DNA of 63,164 bases, the filler included, from Chrysochromulina tobinii (lineage: Eukaryota): the NCBI GenBank assembly GCA_001275005.1. It is 6 parts of 6 records of this genome, joined end to end, with 100 filler letters (N's around TTAATTAATTAA, not from the genome) between each part and the next. Parts side by side here need not be neighbours in the genome. Positions count along the whole stretch, not along the records: positions 6,845 to 27,499 come from JWZX01001435.1; positions 27,600 to 39,365 come from JWZX01001436.1; 4 more parts are not named here. The stretch is one strand, 5' to 3'. Within the stretch, counting starts at the first letter, position 1. Each line of letters starts with the position of its first letter. The notes beneath the pieces were generated by a model. It worked only from the letters and a program-made list of their open reading frames with translations. It was not told where the DNA came from and made no database searches. Position numbers and translations under genes: made by a program. Positions 20,969-32,543 of this stretch are shown here, piece after piece.

Positions 20969-23900
20969 TCATTCCACACAGGGCGTGCATGGGCCGCCCA
21001 TGGGGCCGCCCGCACGGGATCGGGAGTCCAACGCCGAGCCGCCCAGTCCCTCCATATTAGGCAACGCCGAGCTGCCCAGCACCTCGACGCCGGCGATGAT
21101 GGCTGTGTTGCGCGGCGACTCGCGCGGGTCGAAGATCTCTCGCATGGTCGCGTTCTCGAGCCCTTGCTCGCGCACAAAGAGGAGCCGATCGAGCAGTACC
21201 TGATGAGGGGCGCAATCAGAAGTCATCAGAGGAGCCATCAGACGCAATCAGGATCGAATTCGAAGCGATCGAGCAGTACCTGATGAGGGGCGCAATCAGC
21301 ATGCACTCAGCAGACGAGCATCCATAATAGGAAGCGGTTCGAGGAGCCGATCGAGCAGCTCACCAAGCGCTCGATCGGGCGCGCGAAGACGCCGCGCAGC
21401 ATGTTGAACGCACGCATCGGGCGCTCGAGGTGCTTGTGCCGTTCCCACAGCGCGCCCATCCGAGCGCGCTCGGGTTCGTCAAACGGCAGCCCGACGCGCG
21501 GGCACGCTAGCCGCGCGTACTCGTCGAAGCTGTCACACAGTGGAATGGAGCCTACGTTGCCGCTCGAGGGTAGCCGAAGGCCTTCGGAGCGCGCCTCTTC
21601 GCCACGTAACTCTTGCAGCCGACACTCGAGCACGGCGCGGTACAGGTGCGCGCGCATGCGACCGGCAGTCTCCTCGAGGGGCGAATAACGAACCTGATCA
21701 GGGACACAATCAGCATGCAATCAGCAGAGTGCGCGCGCAGGCGACCGGCAGTCTCCTCGAGGGGCGAATGACGTAATTGCTTGCTGACCACCCGCAATCA
21801 GCATGCAATCAGCATGCAATCAGCATGCAATCGGCATGCAATCGGCATGCAATCAGCATGCACTCGGCAGAGGCGAATCACGAACCGGCCAGCGCCAGAC
21901 CGCCTGCAGCGACAAGTGCAACGCCACCTCACCCAACTGGAGGCCGAGCCGCCGGCAGTACGCGCTCATCGGCAGGTTGTTTAACTCGGGGTGCGCGGCA
22001 CGAAAGGCCCGCTCGGCCTCATACTTCTCTCGTTCGTAGTTGGAGGCCTCGAGCTTCTCTTGCTCTGGCGGCGGCTGTGAGGGCGGCGGTGGTTGCGAGG
22101 GCGGCGGTTGCGAGCGCGGCGGCTGTGAGGGCGGCGGTTGCGGGGGCGCGCTGACGGCGGGCGGATCTCCGGCGGATCTCCGGCGGATCTCCAGCGGATC
22201 TCCAGCGGATCTCCAGCGGATCTCCGGCGGATCTCCGGCGGATCTCCAGGAGGCGGGCGGATCTCCGGCGGATCTCCAGACGGCGGGCGGATCTCCGGCG
22301 GATCTCCAGGATCGTCCACCTTTCCCTGGATGGAACTGGCTGGTTGCATAAGCCTCGGGCGCTATGGCGGTGGGTGAATCAGCTTGCTGTGAATCAGCTT
22401 GCTGCGAATCAGCTTGCTGTGAATCAGCTGGCTGTGAATCAGCTTGCTTTGAATCAGCTTGCTGTGAATCAGCTTGCTGCGAATCAGCTTGCTGTGAATC
22501 AGCTGGCTGTGAATCAGCTTGCTTTGAATCAGTTTGCTGTGAATCAGCTTGCTGTGAATCAGCTGGCTGTGAAGCAGCTTGCTGTGAATCAGCTTGCTGT
22601 GGAAGCTGATCCCCACTGGCCCCAACTTGCAGTGCCTTGAGGCTGAGATCAAGCCTCGCCTCCCCAGGCAACGCTTCAGTCACTCGATGGTAACAGCATC
22701 CTACGCTCACCACTCCCACACACATCGCCCCCGCCGCTGCCGAGGCGCTCTCAGCGCCCGATACGGCGCCCTGGCGGCGCAGGTGCTGGGCGGACGTGGC
22801 GGCGAGGCGTAGGAGCGTCGGCGACAGGTCCCCACAGGTATGGAGCCCGACGAGTAGGAAGCGACGGTGCGACGGCACACCTGATGAGGGAGCCAATCAG
22901 AGGTCATCAGAGGCAATTAGAGGCAATCAGAGCTCATCTGAAGCGACGGTGCGCCGCGCCGGCTGGGCTCTGGATCGGTCGCCCACCCTTGCTGCTGCCC
23001 CCACCCTCACCTCCAGCGCCTTCGCCGCCTTGAGCGCCTTGAGCGCCGCCTCCAGCGCCGCCCTCGTCACTGCCACGCTCCTCCGCGGCCCGTGCGAGCC
23101 ATTGTCCAATGAGGTCCACTGCGGGCTGGAGGGTTGCCACGAGCCAGGGCACGCTCGCGTCCGGCTCGAGGCGCACGACCAGGTTGGTGAACGATCCGCC
23201 GCCGTACGCCACCAGCGGGCTGGGCTCGCCGCGGCGTGCCGCCTCGTGTGCCGCCTCGAGCGCCGCACTCGCCGCCGCATTGGCCTCCTCCGCACGGGCC
23301 GCCTCGGCGCGTACCTGTGGGGAGGGGGGGCGCCGTAGTGAGCACTTGCATGCGCGAGGAGCGGCCTCGGCGCGTACCTTCTCGCCTCCACCCAGGGCCA
23401 CGTGCGCGGACAGTTCGGCCATCTTGAGCTGCGCCTTGGTTGGCGCCTTCGGGTTGCTTACCCGAAACTTCACGTCGCGCAGCTTCTCTCGCACCATCCA
23501 CGCCCGATGGTGCGCTGCTGCGCAATTGTGCGCCGCGCACTCGATGCCGATCACGTGCAGGCCGTGATGGAAGGCGAGGACGTGCGACAGGTAGCCGTGT
23601 CCGGAGCCGAGATCCACGACGGTGCTGGCGCCGCATCGCGCCGCCTCACGCGCCACCACCGGAGCGAGCCGTAGGACCTCATGCTGCTTCTTCGGTCCCA
23701 TGTTGCGTACGTGCGGGATGCCATCGAGGAGCATGGGGCTCACACGCTCGACGGACGCATCCAGCTCCGCCTGCGTGGGCGGTGCAAGCTGCTGCGCGGT
23801 CAGCACGAGCTCGCGCAGCTCGGGCGGCCACGTGGTGGGTGGGTGCAATCCTGCTGGCAGCTCCTGCATCTCCTCGTCCGACAGCGACAACAGCGCCTCG

Positions 23901-24040
23901 CGCCAGCTTTCGGGCAAGCGCTCCCAGTATGAGTTGCAGCAAAAGTTTGTAAGCCAGCATTGCATGATCCACGCGTGCCGCTTGATCAGGCTGTAGAGCT
24001 GCTGCGCCTCCGCGGCTTCGGCGGACGACGTGCCGTCCAT
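20969..24040 (-). CDS. METTL25: METTL25/RRNAD1-like SAM methyltransferase; exons 24040-23378, 23314-22960, 22880-21886, 21693-21364, 21199-20969
   Basis: [47 protein letters not shown] and FDP..SPRN join in frame once four introns are removed. Confidence 0.88.
21200..21363 (-). other. GT-AG intron (164 nt), repeat-filled, with internal AG|GT
   Basis: Removal gives [13 protein letters not shown]. Confidence 0.85.
21694..21885 (-). other. GT-AG intron (192 nt) with (GCTGATTGCAT)n repeats
   Basis: Removal gives [12 protein letters not shown]; the intron contains in-frame stops. Confidence 0.85.
22161..22310. repeat. 11-nt tandem repeat (GGCGGATCTCC)
   Basis: Directly visible array inside the METTL25-like ORF. 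Confidence 0.9.
22376..22600. repeat. 15-nt tandem repeat (GAATCAGCTTGCTGT; QQADS on minus strand)
   Basis: About 15 units, frame preserving. Confidence 0.95.
22881..22959 (-). other. GC-AG intron (79 nt) with (CTCTGATTGC)n repeats
   Basis: Removal joins [22 protein letters not shown] in frame; donor is G|GCGCGG. Confidence 0.75.
23315..23377 (-). other. GT-AG intron (63 nt, in-frame, stopless)
   Basis: AAG|GTACGC...CCCCACAG|GTACGC; VRAEAA appears twice in the unspliced translation. Confidence 0.8.
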
Positions 24041-24203
24041 GTGGTTGACTGCGTGTGAACGTGAACGGCACCAACTTCACCGGGTCGGAATGTGTGTGTG
24101 AATCGTGTGTTCACGGTCATGCCCTTCCCACGGACCGGAAGGGGGGTCGGTCTCCTCGGAGAAGGCGTCGGCGGCGGTCCCGGCGGCGGTCGAGGCCGCC
24201 GCG

Positions 24204-26760
24204 ATGCCAAACATACGCGATACTCTCCGCCAACCAGACAACATGACCCTACCTCTTCCGCCCGCCACGCCCGTCGCGTTCACCACGCCGCGGCTCAAGG
24301 ATCGCGCGGCACACGGCGCGGCCAGGTTCGTGCCCGAATATTCCGAGGTGTTCGCTTCCATCTTCACTTGGTGGAATGCGCTGGACGCGCTCATGGCCAC
24401 GACGGCGGACATCCCGTGGCAGACTGGCTACGTTCGGGAGGTTCAGGTGCGACGCATGGTGGCGCTGGTGCAGGAAGCATTTTTGGAATGGCCGATACGT
24501 TCACACACATTAATAAGCCCGCCGTGCGCGCATCGCGTCACCGCAGCCCATTTCACCAGTTTCTGCGCGCGCGAATTCGTGTCCGCCCTCACCTCCACCG
24601 CCCCGCCCGCCCTCGCCACCACCCTCTCCACCTCCACCGCCGCCACCGCCCTCTCCGATTCATGCTGACTTGCGCACGGAGCAGGTGCATGCATTCTTGG
24701 CGTGGGGGTGCCATGCCGCCAGAACTCCCGAGACGGCTCGTATGCTGTGTGCGGCTGTGGCGATGTTCACTCGACGCGACATGGTGGGTACCGTCCCAGC
24801 GTGGCAGAGCGCGTGTCGGGCTGCGGCGACGCTCACACACGCGCTGGATATCTTGAAGGATCGGGACCTGCTGTGTGCAGGTGGTCTGAGTGGCACGAGA
24901 TGCGAGCGATTGCGCTGTGGCGTATGCGCGTGGCGATGATGAAGCTGACGGGCAGCAAGGCGGCGCTTGCCCTTCGCAGATGGTGCGAGGCGGCCGAGAT
25001 GCAGGCGGCTCAGACGGCGGCGATTGATCGTCTTTGCTGCCTGCCTGTTTCGTTTGATGTACATCCGGCATGAGCCGAGCATGTGGTTGCAATGGAGCTC
25101 GTCCTCGTGGAAGATGCTCCACGCTCGCTCGGCGCCTTCACCGCCTTCACCGCCGCCGCAATTGCCTTCGCCATCGCCGTTGCCACCAGCACCGCCGCCA
25201 CCAATACCTCCACCACCACCTTCACCGCCGCCGCAATTGCCTTCGCCATCGCCGTTGCCACCAGCACCGCCGCCACCGATACCTCCACCACCATCGCCAC
25301 CGCCGCCCGCTCCGCCTCCGCCGTCACCGCCGCCGCCTTCACCGCCAGTGCCCTCGCCGCCGCCATCGCCGCCGCCATCGCCTCCGCCGTCGCCGCTGCC
25401 ACAACGTTATGCGATGGCCTCTCGAAAGAGTTGTGCTGCCCTTAACGGTGGTAGCGGTGACGTGAGCGTGGGTGTAACCAATTTCGACCGATGCAACCAA
25501 TGTCGACCGATGCAACCGATGTCGACCACTGCGAGGTGGCGTTCAACGCGGACGACGGCTTCGAGTTCTTCGGAGGCACCGTGAACGTAAAGTACTTGTC
25601 GGCGCTCTTCGTGGGCGACTACTCCTTCGCCGCCGCCGAGCCCGCCACAGCTCAGCACGCTGCCCTCGCCTCCTCCCTCGCACTCTCTACCACCGTCGCC
25701 AACCCCGTTGCAACCCCGTCGCCGTCGCCAACCCCGTTGCAACCCCGTCGCCGTCGCCATCCCCACCGCCTTCTCCATCGCCATCACCACCACCACAACC
25801 GCCGCTTTCACCGCCTCCGCCATCGCCTCCGCCATCGACGCCTCCACCGTCACCTTCACCACCATCTCCACCGCGCAGTGCGCGCATCATTGCGCCAATG
25901 CTGGCGAGGCGTATTGCTCCTCCCTCAGCACGCCGGGCCCATGCCCAGTGACGAGCAACAGCAGAGTGTGTGTCGTGACCCTGATGCACAACGCAACCAA
26001 CTGGCACTCGATGCTGATCCTCATTAATTCGCTCTACGACTTGCTGCTCCTGCAAGCGACTGTACTTTTGCGGTGCGGTGCCGCCACCCTCGCCGCCGCC
26101 ACCCTCGCCGCCACTGCCCTCGCCGCTGCCATCGCCGCCATCGCCGCCATCGCCGCCGCCGCCGCAGTCGCCGCCGCCGCAGTCGCCGCCGCCCTCGCCG
26201 CCGTCGCCGCTGCTGAGCGCCTTGATGGATCGGGACTTGCTGTGTGCGTGGCGCTCTTGGTCTGAGTGGACGAGAAGCGAGCGGCTGCGCTGCGGCCAGT
26301 ACGTAGGACGATGATGAAGCTAAGACAGCGCTTGCCTTTAGCAGATGGTGCGTGGAGGCGGTGCTTGGCCGTGGGCAGACAGAGCTGACAGGGCGCCTTT
26401 GTGATGCATCATCTGATGCATCGAGGGACGAGCCGGGCGTGGTTGCAGTGGAGCTCGTCCACGTCAAAGAGGTTCCGAGCTAGCTCGGCGCTCTTCTTCT
26501 CTTCTCGACGAGCAGTCGCGCGTATGATGAGCTTCCAGCTGTCACGTGCGTGGCAGGCGTGGGACGTGCTGGCGGGTTCAAGGCTCACTGCGTTGCACAA
26601 GTTGCGTGCGGCTGAGGCGATGTTCACTCGACGCGACATGGTGGGCGCCGTTCGAGCATGGCAGAGCGCGTGCCGGGCTGCAGCGACGCTCACACACGCG
26701 CTGAGCGCCTTGATGGATCCGGACCTGCTGTGTGCTGGTGGCACGAGATGCCTTTCGCGT
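24204..26760 (+). pseudogene. Mosaic of gene fragments (Sfi1-like W repeats, PPPSP tracts, DDGFEFFGGTV fragment)
   Basis: Short fragments in shifting frames; internal duplication 24761-24884 vs 26618-26741. Confidence 0.55.
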
Positions 26761-27044
26761 CCATTAGTGGTACCATTTATGGAAGGTGGCCGTCAGGGGT
26801 ACGGGGGTATGCTCTGTCGGGCGACCACCAGACCGTCCACAGTGTATGGGGGTATGCCTGTAGGGCTTTTTGGTTGCCCAATCATACCCTGACACCCGCC
26901 TATTCGGAATCCAGAATGGATGAAGGGGGGAATCAGGCATTTTCATGCCCAAATAAGGTAAATAACTGAATGGATTGTCCCTCTCATCAGGCATGTAATG
27001 GCTCCCATGGCAATGAAATGGGTGCCCGGCACGGCGCTTATGGA

Positions 27045-27499
27045 GAGGTCCGAGGGTCCCGGGAGGGTCCCGAGGGTTCCGAGGGTCCCGGGGGGTCCCG
27101 AGGGTCCCAGAGGGTCCAGAGGGTCTTGGTCATATGCTGTGAATTCACAGTAGGTAAGTGTGAATTCACAGCTTGAAGTGTGAATTCACAGCAGAGGGTC
27201 CCGAGGGTCCCGAGGGTCCCGGGGGGTCCCGAGGGTCCCGGAGGGAAGGTCCCGAGGGTCCCGAGGGTCCCGAGGGTCCCGAGGGTCCCGGGAGGCTACG
27301 CCGAGGGTCCCGAGGGTCCCGAGGGTCCCGAGGGTCCCGAGGGTCCCCAGGGAAGGTCCAGAGGGTCCCGAGGGTCCCGAGGGTCCCGAGGGTCCCGAGG
27401 GTCCCGAGGGTCCCGAGGGTCCCGAGGGTCCCGAGGGTCCCGAGGGTCCCGAGGGTCCCGGGAGGGTCCCGAGGGTCCCGAGGGTCCCGGCGGGTCCCG
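27045..27499. repeat. 9-nt satellite (GAGGGTCCC)n with three TGTGAATTCACA palindromes
   Basis: The array runs to the contig end; palindromes lie at about 27138-27190. Confidence 0.95.
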
Positions 27500-27599
27500 N
27501 NNNNNNNNNNNNNNNNNNNNNNNNNNNNNNNNNNNNNNNNNNNTTAATTAATTAANNNNNNNNNNNNNNNNNNNNNNNNNNNNNNNNNNNNNNNNNNNN
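27500..27599. other. Artificial contig linker
   Basis: N44-TTAATTAATTAA-N44. Confidence 0.99.
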
Positions 27600-28120
27600 C
27601 GAGCCTTGACACTCAAGCCGTCGCGTCTTTTTGCCTGCACGGCCTTCATGGTGCTCGCTGCACGACGAGGATTCGCACTTCGCAAGAAAGAGCCCGCCGC
27701 AAGAAAGAGCAAGCGGTCTGTGGGATCTCGGACAAGTATGCAGTACACGAGCATCTAGTACACGCAGCATTCGGCGCATGCATGCGCGCGCAATGGGCGT
27801 TTCGCTACGAACGGTCGGTCGGTCGATACCCGCGGCCCTTCACTACACACGAACAAGCGTGCATAGTACCGGCGCGTTTGCTTACGTAGGAATTACTTGT
27901 GATAGGCGAATTAACATACCGGCGCTTACCGGTACCGACGCTTTGTACCTGCGCACAAGCACCGAAGCACACAGTCTAGGAATTCCAGCCGCGCCTAGAG
28001 CGCTCTTGAATGCACGGCCATCGCGAGCGCCATGGCGCCGGCGGCGGGCTTGACCCCCTCGACTTTGTTTTCCGTTCCACGCTGACCGAACGCGACGGAA
28101 CACCGTTTCGCAGCCTTTAG

Positions 28121-29520
28121 TCAAGTCTGCATTTTCTCGTGGCGGCATTGGACCTTGTAATCGCCCGGGACCGCCGCGCTGAACGATATCGAAAAGGTCC
28201 CGTTCGAATTGTCGACCACCTTGGCCTCGCTCGCCTTGGAGCCGTACGCCTTCGCGTCCACGCGTACGCCGCCCTGCTCGCACCGATTGCCATACTTGTC
28301 GAGAAGATGGAGGATGACGTCGATGGGAGAATCGATCTCCTGTCGGCTACCCTTGGCCTCAAGGTAGCTCTTGTGATAGACTGGCGGCCCGGGCGCCACC
28401 ATAATATTGATGGGCGCGCCCGTGATCGATTCGCCGAAGAGCTGGATCGATACCCTATGCGCACCCTTGACAGTGAGCTCGCCCGGGCTCACGATCTCGT
28501 ACAGCCCGACCGCGGACGAGCCGGCGGCGACGCTGTGCTTCTTCTTGTCGCCCTCCTTGTGATCCTCGAGCTTCTCGCTCGTCTTCTGGATCAGCGCGAG
28601 CTGCCCGATGGGCGTCTCGAGCATCGAGGTCATATCAGACGCCGATGCGAGGGAGACGAAGTTGTTGAACTCGTCGCAGATCTGGACCTGAGGAGGGAGG
28701 CAATCAAAGCTCATCAGATCTGGACCTTAAGGGCAATCGGACGGAGTTGATGAGGGAGGCAATCGGACGGAGTTGATGAGGGAGGCAATCGGACGGAGTT
28801 GATGAGGGAGGCAATCGGACGGAGTTGATGAGGGAGGCAATCGGACCTTAAGGGCGAGCTTGTCGCCGGCGGTGAGCAGTGCGACGGACGCGCCTCGGAT
28901 CGGACATGCGAACCAATCGCACTAGCTCGCCCCGGTTTCACGTGGATCATCGTCGGGCAGCCTGGAAGGAACTGACGAACCCCAATTGTGTTGGGCTCGC
29001 ACCAGACATGCAACTCAAAGTCGCCGGCCTCTTTGGGCACACGAAGCTCATAATCATTCTGGACCCGTCCCACGAGCCATGGAAGCTCATCGTGTCGAGC
29101 GTCTTGACGAGGTTCGCGCGCTCCTCCTTCTTGAGCAGGGCTGCGCGGCGCTTCTCGTCCACGTGGTCGCCCTTGTTGGGATCGCGCTTCTCCTCGACGT
29201 CCCGTCCGTCTTTGCCGGTCGGCCCGCTGGCACCCTTGAGCAGCGCGGGCACGAGGAGGAGTCCAAAGGATGGCGCATGGCCCGCGAGTACGTCCGGCGC
29301 AACCTCATTCCCATACGAGTCGCAACACTTGGTCTCGACCAAGCTCGCCACGCCCGCGACGGCCTCGCGAGGCGCGAGCAGCGAGCAGCGGCTCACCTCG
29401 AGGTCCTCCCTTCCAAGCGGCGAAAGCGGCTCGCGGCGCTCGCGGCGATCAATCGGGCGATGTCCGCCAAGCTGCGTGAGCGAAAGGAGGCGGCGGCGAA
29501 GGGGTTCGATGAGATGCCAT
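28121..29520 (-). pseudogene. Filamin/ABP280 Ig-repeat gene fragment with several frameshifts
   Basis: Filamin-like AG..D.YGN, DNSNGTFSISF..VPGDYKV and PKEAGDFELHV. Frameshifts at about 29030-29070, at a 5-nt duplication TCGGA (28895-28904), and at about 28140. Confidence 0.75.
28688..28846 (-). other. GT-AG intron (159 nt) with 4 x 26-nt repeat
   Basis: Removal gives LTAGDKLALK|VQICDEFNN. Confidence 0.8.
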
Positions 29521-29635
29521 GAGCACATGGCCATGTTGAGCCATGTCGAGGTCCGAGTCCCGCGCCGGGCCCGCATCGGCTCCCACGCTGCTGCTGCTGC
29601 TGTGAAATTCTAATCATTAGCTGTGAAACACACTG

Positions 29636-29905
29636 GACCCCCAAGCACGAGGGCCTCTATCGCTATGGACGGAGGTGTGGCCGACACAACCTGCTATTAC
29701 ACAGGCCGTTAATCGGCGGCATGGGGGGAGGCGCAGCCTCCCCCTCTAGAGTAAACCGATAGTACCGATCTGCTGCTGTTGTTCAACACAACGCGCGGAC
29801 ACCCTCCGGACCCCCAAGCACAAGGGCCACTGTCACTATGGACGGAGGTGTGACCGATACAGCCCGTGCGAACACACTCGTATTAACACAGGCCGTTAAT
29901 CGGCG
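29636..29905. repeat. Imperfect intergenic direct repeat pair (about 29636-29718 and 29808-29905)
   Basis: GGACCCCCAAGCAC...CTATGGACGGAGGTGTG...ACACAGGCCGTTAATCGGCG occurs twice. Confidence 0.85.
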
Positions 29906-30154
29906 AAGCTTGGGGGAAGAGAGAGCGCCGGTCTAGCATCTGCGCCAGACGGAAGTCGATGCGAAAGGATGCGGAATTTTGTTATCCGTTAAAACGCGCA
30001 GTGAGTCTTTCACACGTCTCTGTGTTCACGGCCGCTTCGCGCTTTTGCTGCATGGCCTCGGCGGCGCGGGGTTGCCGAAGGAGCCCCGCGCGGAAGGCTC
30101 TTGCCTCCTTCCTAGTCTTCCTTCTTTAACGTTTCGCACCAATTCTGTGCTGCC

Positions 30155-31740
30155 ATGATCCTTCTCCGCACGATTGCGCTCCTCGCCGCAACGCATGATA
30201 TCGATACATTCGGCGCTCGTGATTCTGACCCATCGGCTACGATGGTCAATGCCGCGGCCTTGACAGCAGCACTGGCGGCGGCCCAGAGTGGTGACACTGT
30301 TCTTGCAAAGGCCGGCAAGATCTACTATATGAACCATGTAACCGCCTCCCAGCTGCGTGGCGTGATCATTCACATTGAGGGCACCGTGCTCGTCGATGAT
30401 AACATCACCGCGTGGGTGAATGACACAACAAGACAAAACTGGTTTGAGATGGTCGATTCTGTCAACGTAACCATCGGCGGCGGCGGCACAGTGGATGGAC
30501 AGGGCATGCCGTGGTGGGACGCGTCCATCACGGGATCGATCAAGGGCGTCGGCGAGAACCGTCCCCACCTATTGCAGCTCACCAATAGCACAGAGCTGAT
30601 CATCGAGAACCTCACACTGCTCAACTCTCCGCGCTTCCACATCCACTTCTCGCAGTGCGCGCGTGTGGTCGTGCGGCACGTGACGATTCGCGTGGACCGC
30701 TTCGCGCAGCGCTCGCTCAAGGCCAAGGCGCACACCAAGCGCCTCGCGGCAGTCGGCCCGCACGTGGCGCCTCTCGCCGAGACAATCGCCCACAGGTGCT
30801 TGCACCTGATTGCACCTGAATGCGCCTGAGCTCGCCTGAGTGCGCCTGGGTGCGCCTGATTGCACCTCTCGCCGAGACGATCGCACGCAGGCTGTACGGC
30901 ATCGAACCGCGAGCTGACGGGACGCTCGCGCCTCGTGAAGACTGGCGGGATTGGCTTCTCGACGAGATCGTGAAGCTGCTGCCGGCGTGGGCGCTGCAGC
31001 CCGAGGACCTCAATACCGACGGCATTGATCCGAACGGGGAAGACTACCACGTGCACGACTGCACGGTCGATAATGACGACGACTCCATCGCAGTCAAGCC
31101 GTCTTCAGGCAAAGATCGCTTCGAGTGCTCGCAGGACATGCTCTTCGAACGACTTACGCTGACGGGCTTTGGCGCGTCGGTCGGCTCAGTTCCGCCCTCC
31201 GCAGACGTCAACTGCGTGCGCAACCTCACGTTCCGTAACCTCTCCATGCCCGGCACTGGCAAGGGGATCTACATTAAGAGCAATCCGAGCTGTGGAGCCG
31301 GCGTCGACCGGTTTGGAAGGACGGTGCAGAAGACGTCCGTGCTCGAGGACATCACCTTTGAGGACGTGAACATCAGCAGGCCCTTTTGGTGGGCGGTCTG
31401 GATTGGGCCTCAGCAGCAACATGAGCCCGGATCGGCACTTGGCGACAAATGCGCCCTCGCCTACCCGTTGCGCGACACGTGCCCCACGCAGGGATGCTCG
31501 ACGTTCTCGAACATCACGCTGCGCCGGGTGACCATTGAAGAGCCTTTGCTCTCACCCGGCGTCATCCTGGGCAACGTGAGCAACCCCATGCGCGGCCTCA
31601 CCCTTGAGGACGTAAACGTCAAATTTGGCCCCAATCCGAAGAGCGGGGCGTGGCCATGGGGGCGCACGTACCTCTGCCAGGCGGCGGCGCTCACGAGCCT
31701 GGGCGGCACCTCGCCGGCGCCCGTGTGCTCGGGCTCGTGA
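30155..31740 (+). CDS. Secreted glycoside hydrolase family 28 (polygalacturonase-like); exons 30155-30795, 30891-31740
   Basis: Signal-like N-terminus, GGGTVDGQG..WW, RP, NSPRFH, NTDGID, DDSIAVK, GIYIKS. Confidence 0.9.
30796..30890 (+). other. GT-AG intron (95 nt) with 10-nt (TGC.CCTGA.) repeats
   Basis: Removal gives ETIAHR-LYGIEP in frame. Confidence 0.88.
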
Positions 31741-32543
31741 CGCTGCGCGTGGCTAGATGGGAGTGGATCAGTGGAAGACCCCCTAGGAGATTGATCCATC
31801 GTAGAAGGTCTGGTTCTTAAGGTAATGTGCATGTACGGAATGAAACGCAAACAAAAATCAAAAAACGCAACGCCGGCGCACGGACTTCTATAAGGGCAGA
31901 CAAGTTCAAGTACGAACGTAAGAGCGACTGTACGAACGTGATACGTGTGTGGAACACGCCTGACGGCAGTGCATACGTGGCGATGGGGGGGGCAGGCATA
32001 CAAAGCGTGGCGGTGGCACGATGGTTCTAAGTAAGGTATTGTTGAACCCCAGAACGAGCGTGGTTCGGCGTGGAAGGCACTCCGAATCTCCGATACGTAC
32101 TGCTGCTGCCTTCGCTCGGACTACCGCCGCCACCTCCGCCGCCAAAGTCCGCCGGCATCTCGGCTGCCCCGGCCACGCCCGCGACGGCGCTCGCCGAGGT
32201 GCGGGGAGACGGTGCGTCTGCGTGTATTTTGCGCTTCTCTTCTTGTCGCAGTGCCGAGCCTCTACGGACTACGCGTCTATGCCTGATGAGTATATCGTCA
32301 TCCATCCACACCATCCGTCCGAAATCCATCCTCAAAGAAACTCGTGATGTGAAAAATCTCATCCCGAATGATTGTCAAAAAATCAAAGTTTCACAAAATT
32401 AATGAAGGTCCATATCTACTTTCCAAAAACGGAAGACGTGTTACAGGACGTTTGTTTGCGATTTTTGTCCCCCTGTGTCGTGCACACGGTTGCAGACTGG
32501 AAGAATACTTCGGCTCCGCTTGGCTCCACATCCCCTCGACGTA

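Noticed and set aside
27045..27499. Collagen-like GPE ORF
   Set aside because: Pure 9-nt DNA satellite with frame-breaking units and no codon variation.
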